From assembly GCA_002633005.1 (NCBI GenBank), contig NMRA01000507.1, forward strand, positions 124,001 to 188,000: a DNA stretch of 64,000 bases, in the 5' to 3' direction. The DNA comes from Phoronis australis (lineage: Eukaryota; Animalia; Phoronida). A model generated the notes under the pieces. It did no database searches. It was not told where the DNA came from and worked only from the letters and a program-made list of their open reading frames with translations. Position 1 is the first letter of the stretch. Each line of letters begins with the position of its first letter. The position numbers and the translations under genes were made by a program. Shown here piece after piece: positions 63,557 to 64,000 of this stretch.

Positions 63557-63919
63557 TTAAGTCCATATTACCAGGTCACACCAATGGGTTCCACTCAAAT
63601 ACAAATTCCCCTGGACCTGGGTAGAGTTTGTTAACGCTATAATCTCGCTAAAAAGCAAGACTTAGCGAGATTACGTGAGATATTGTAGTGTATTCTAAAT
63701 AAGAGCACGTGATTTTGACTGGAATTGAGTGAGGTCCTATCATAGGTCCTAGCCGGTTACTGAACCCTGCTGTGATACCAATATTTATGACTTCTCTTGT
63801 ATGAGACTGCCAGCCACATCAACAAGTAAATCATTTCCGGTGAACCATGTATATTTGACTTCAACAATCATGTCTGACAAAACCCTGCCATCAGGCGAAG
63901 CATCAAACAATCCAGTCAG
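63557..63919 (-). pseudogene. YqaJ-like exonuclease pseudogene, copy 2
   Basis: GLFDASPDG...VEVK and QVQGNLYLSGTHWCDLVIWT (retains the canonical WCD), with the same MITE at 63620-63771. Confidence 0.85.
63620..63771. mobile_element. MITE family B copy (duplicate of 61776-61926)
   Basis: Near-identical to 61776-61926. Confidence 0.85.
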
Positions 63920-64000
63920 TCACCTGTAATTTAAAAGAACAGTACTGCTTTAAGCCGATCACTACAATCTGTAAATTTGTGAATATGTTTTGCTGGCTAG

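Larger units (their letters stand above)
62686..63963. repeat. ~1.27 kb near-identical duplicate of 60865-62124
   Basis: Colinear copy starting right after the single N at 62685; the copies diverge after gatcact. Confidence 0.95.

Overview
This is eukaryotic (metazoan, probably marine invertebrate or spiralian) genomic DNA, AT-rich and TE-rich, with assembly gaps at 14059-14077, 58161-58227 and 62685. One intact protein-coding gene is clear: a + strand aristaless/Arx-type PRD-class homeobox gene with three coding exons (23690-24153, 27371-27416, 34808-35419; 373 aa; Q50 homeodomain and C-terminal OAR motif). It sits in a large gene-poor region with TAAT-dense candidate enhancers. The left end probably holds the last two small exons of an upstream + strand gene (769-797, 3157-3237). 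That terminal exon is the first unit of a degenerate ~90-120 bp tandem array whose best-conserved block looks like a CTCF site. The right end (54-64 kb) is a nested TE pile in which I can reconstruct a decayed ISL2EU-type (PIF/Harbinger group) transposon: a THAP remnant, a DDE transposase C-terminus on +, and a convergent YqaJ/lambda-type exonuclease on -. It is interrupted by LINE, MITE and Helentron-like insertions and partly present twice next to assembly gaps, most likely as two haplotypes. Several MITE families occur, one carrying a THAP-like start. All family assignments come from motif recognition by eye, with no database search. I see no CRISPR array, rRNA or tRNA, and I cannot claim a proven novel system.
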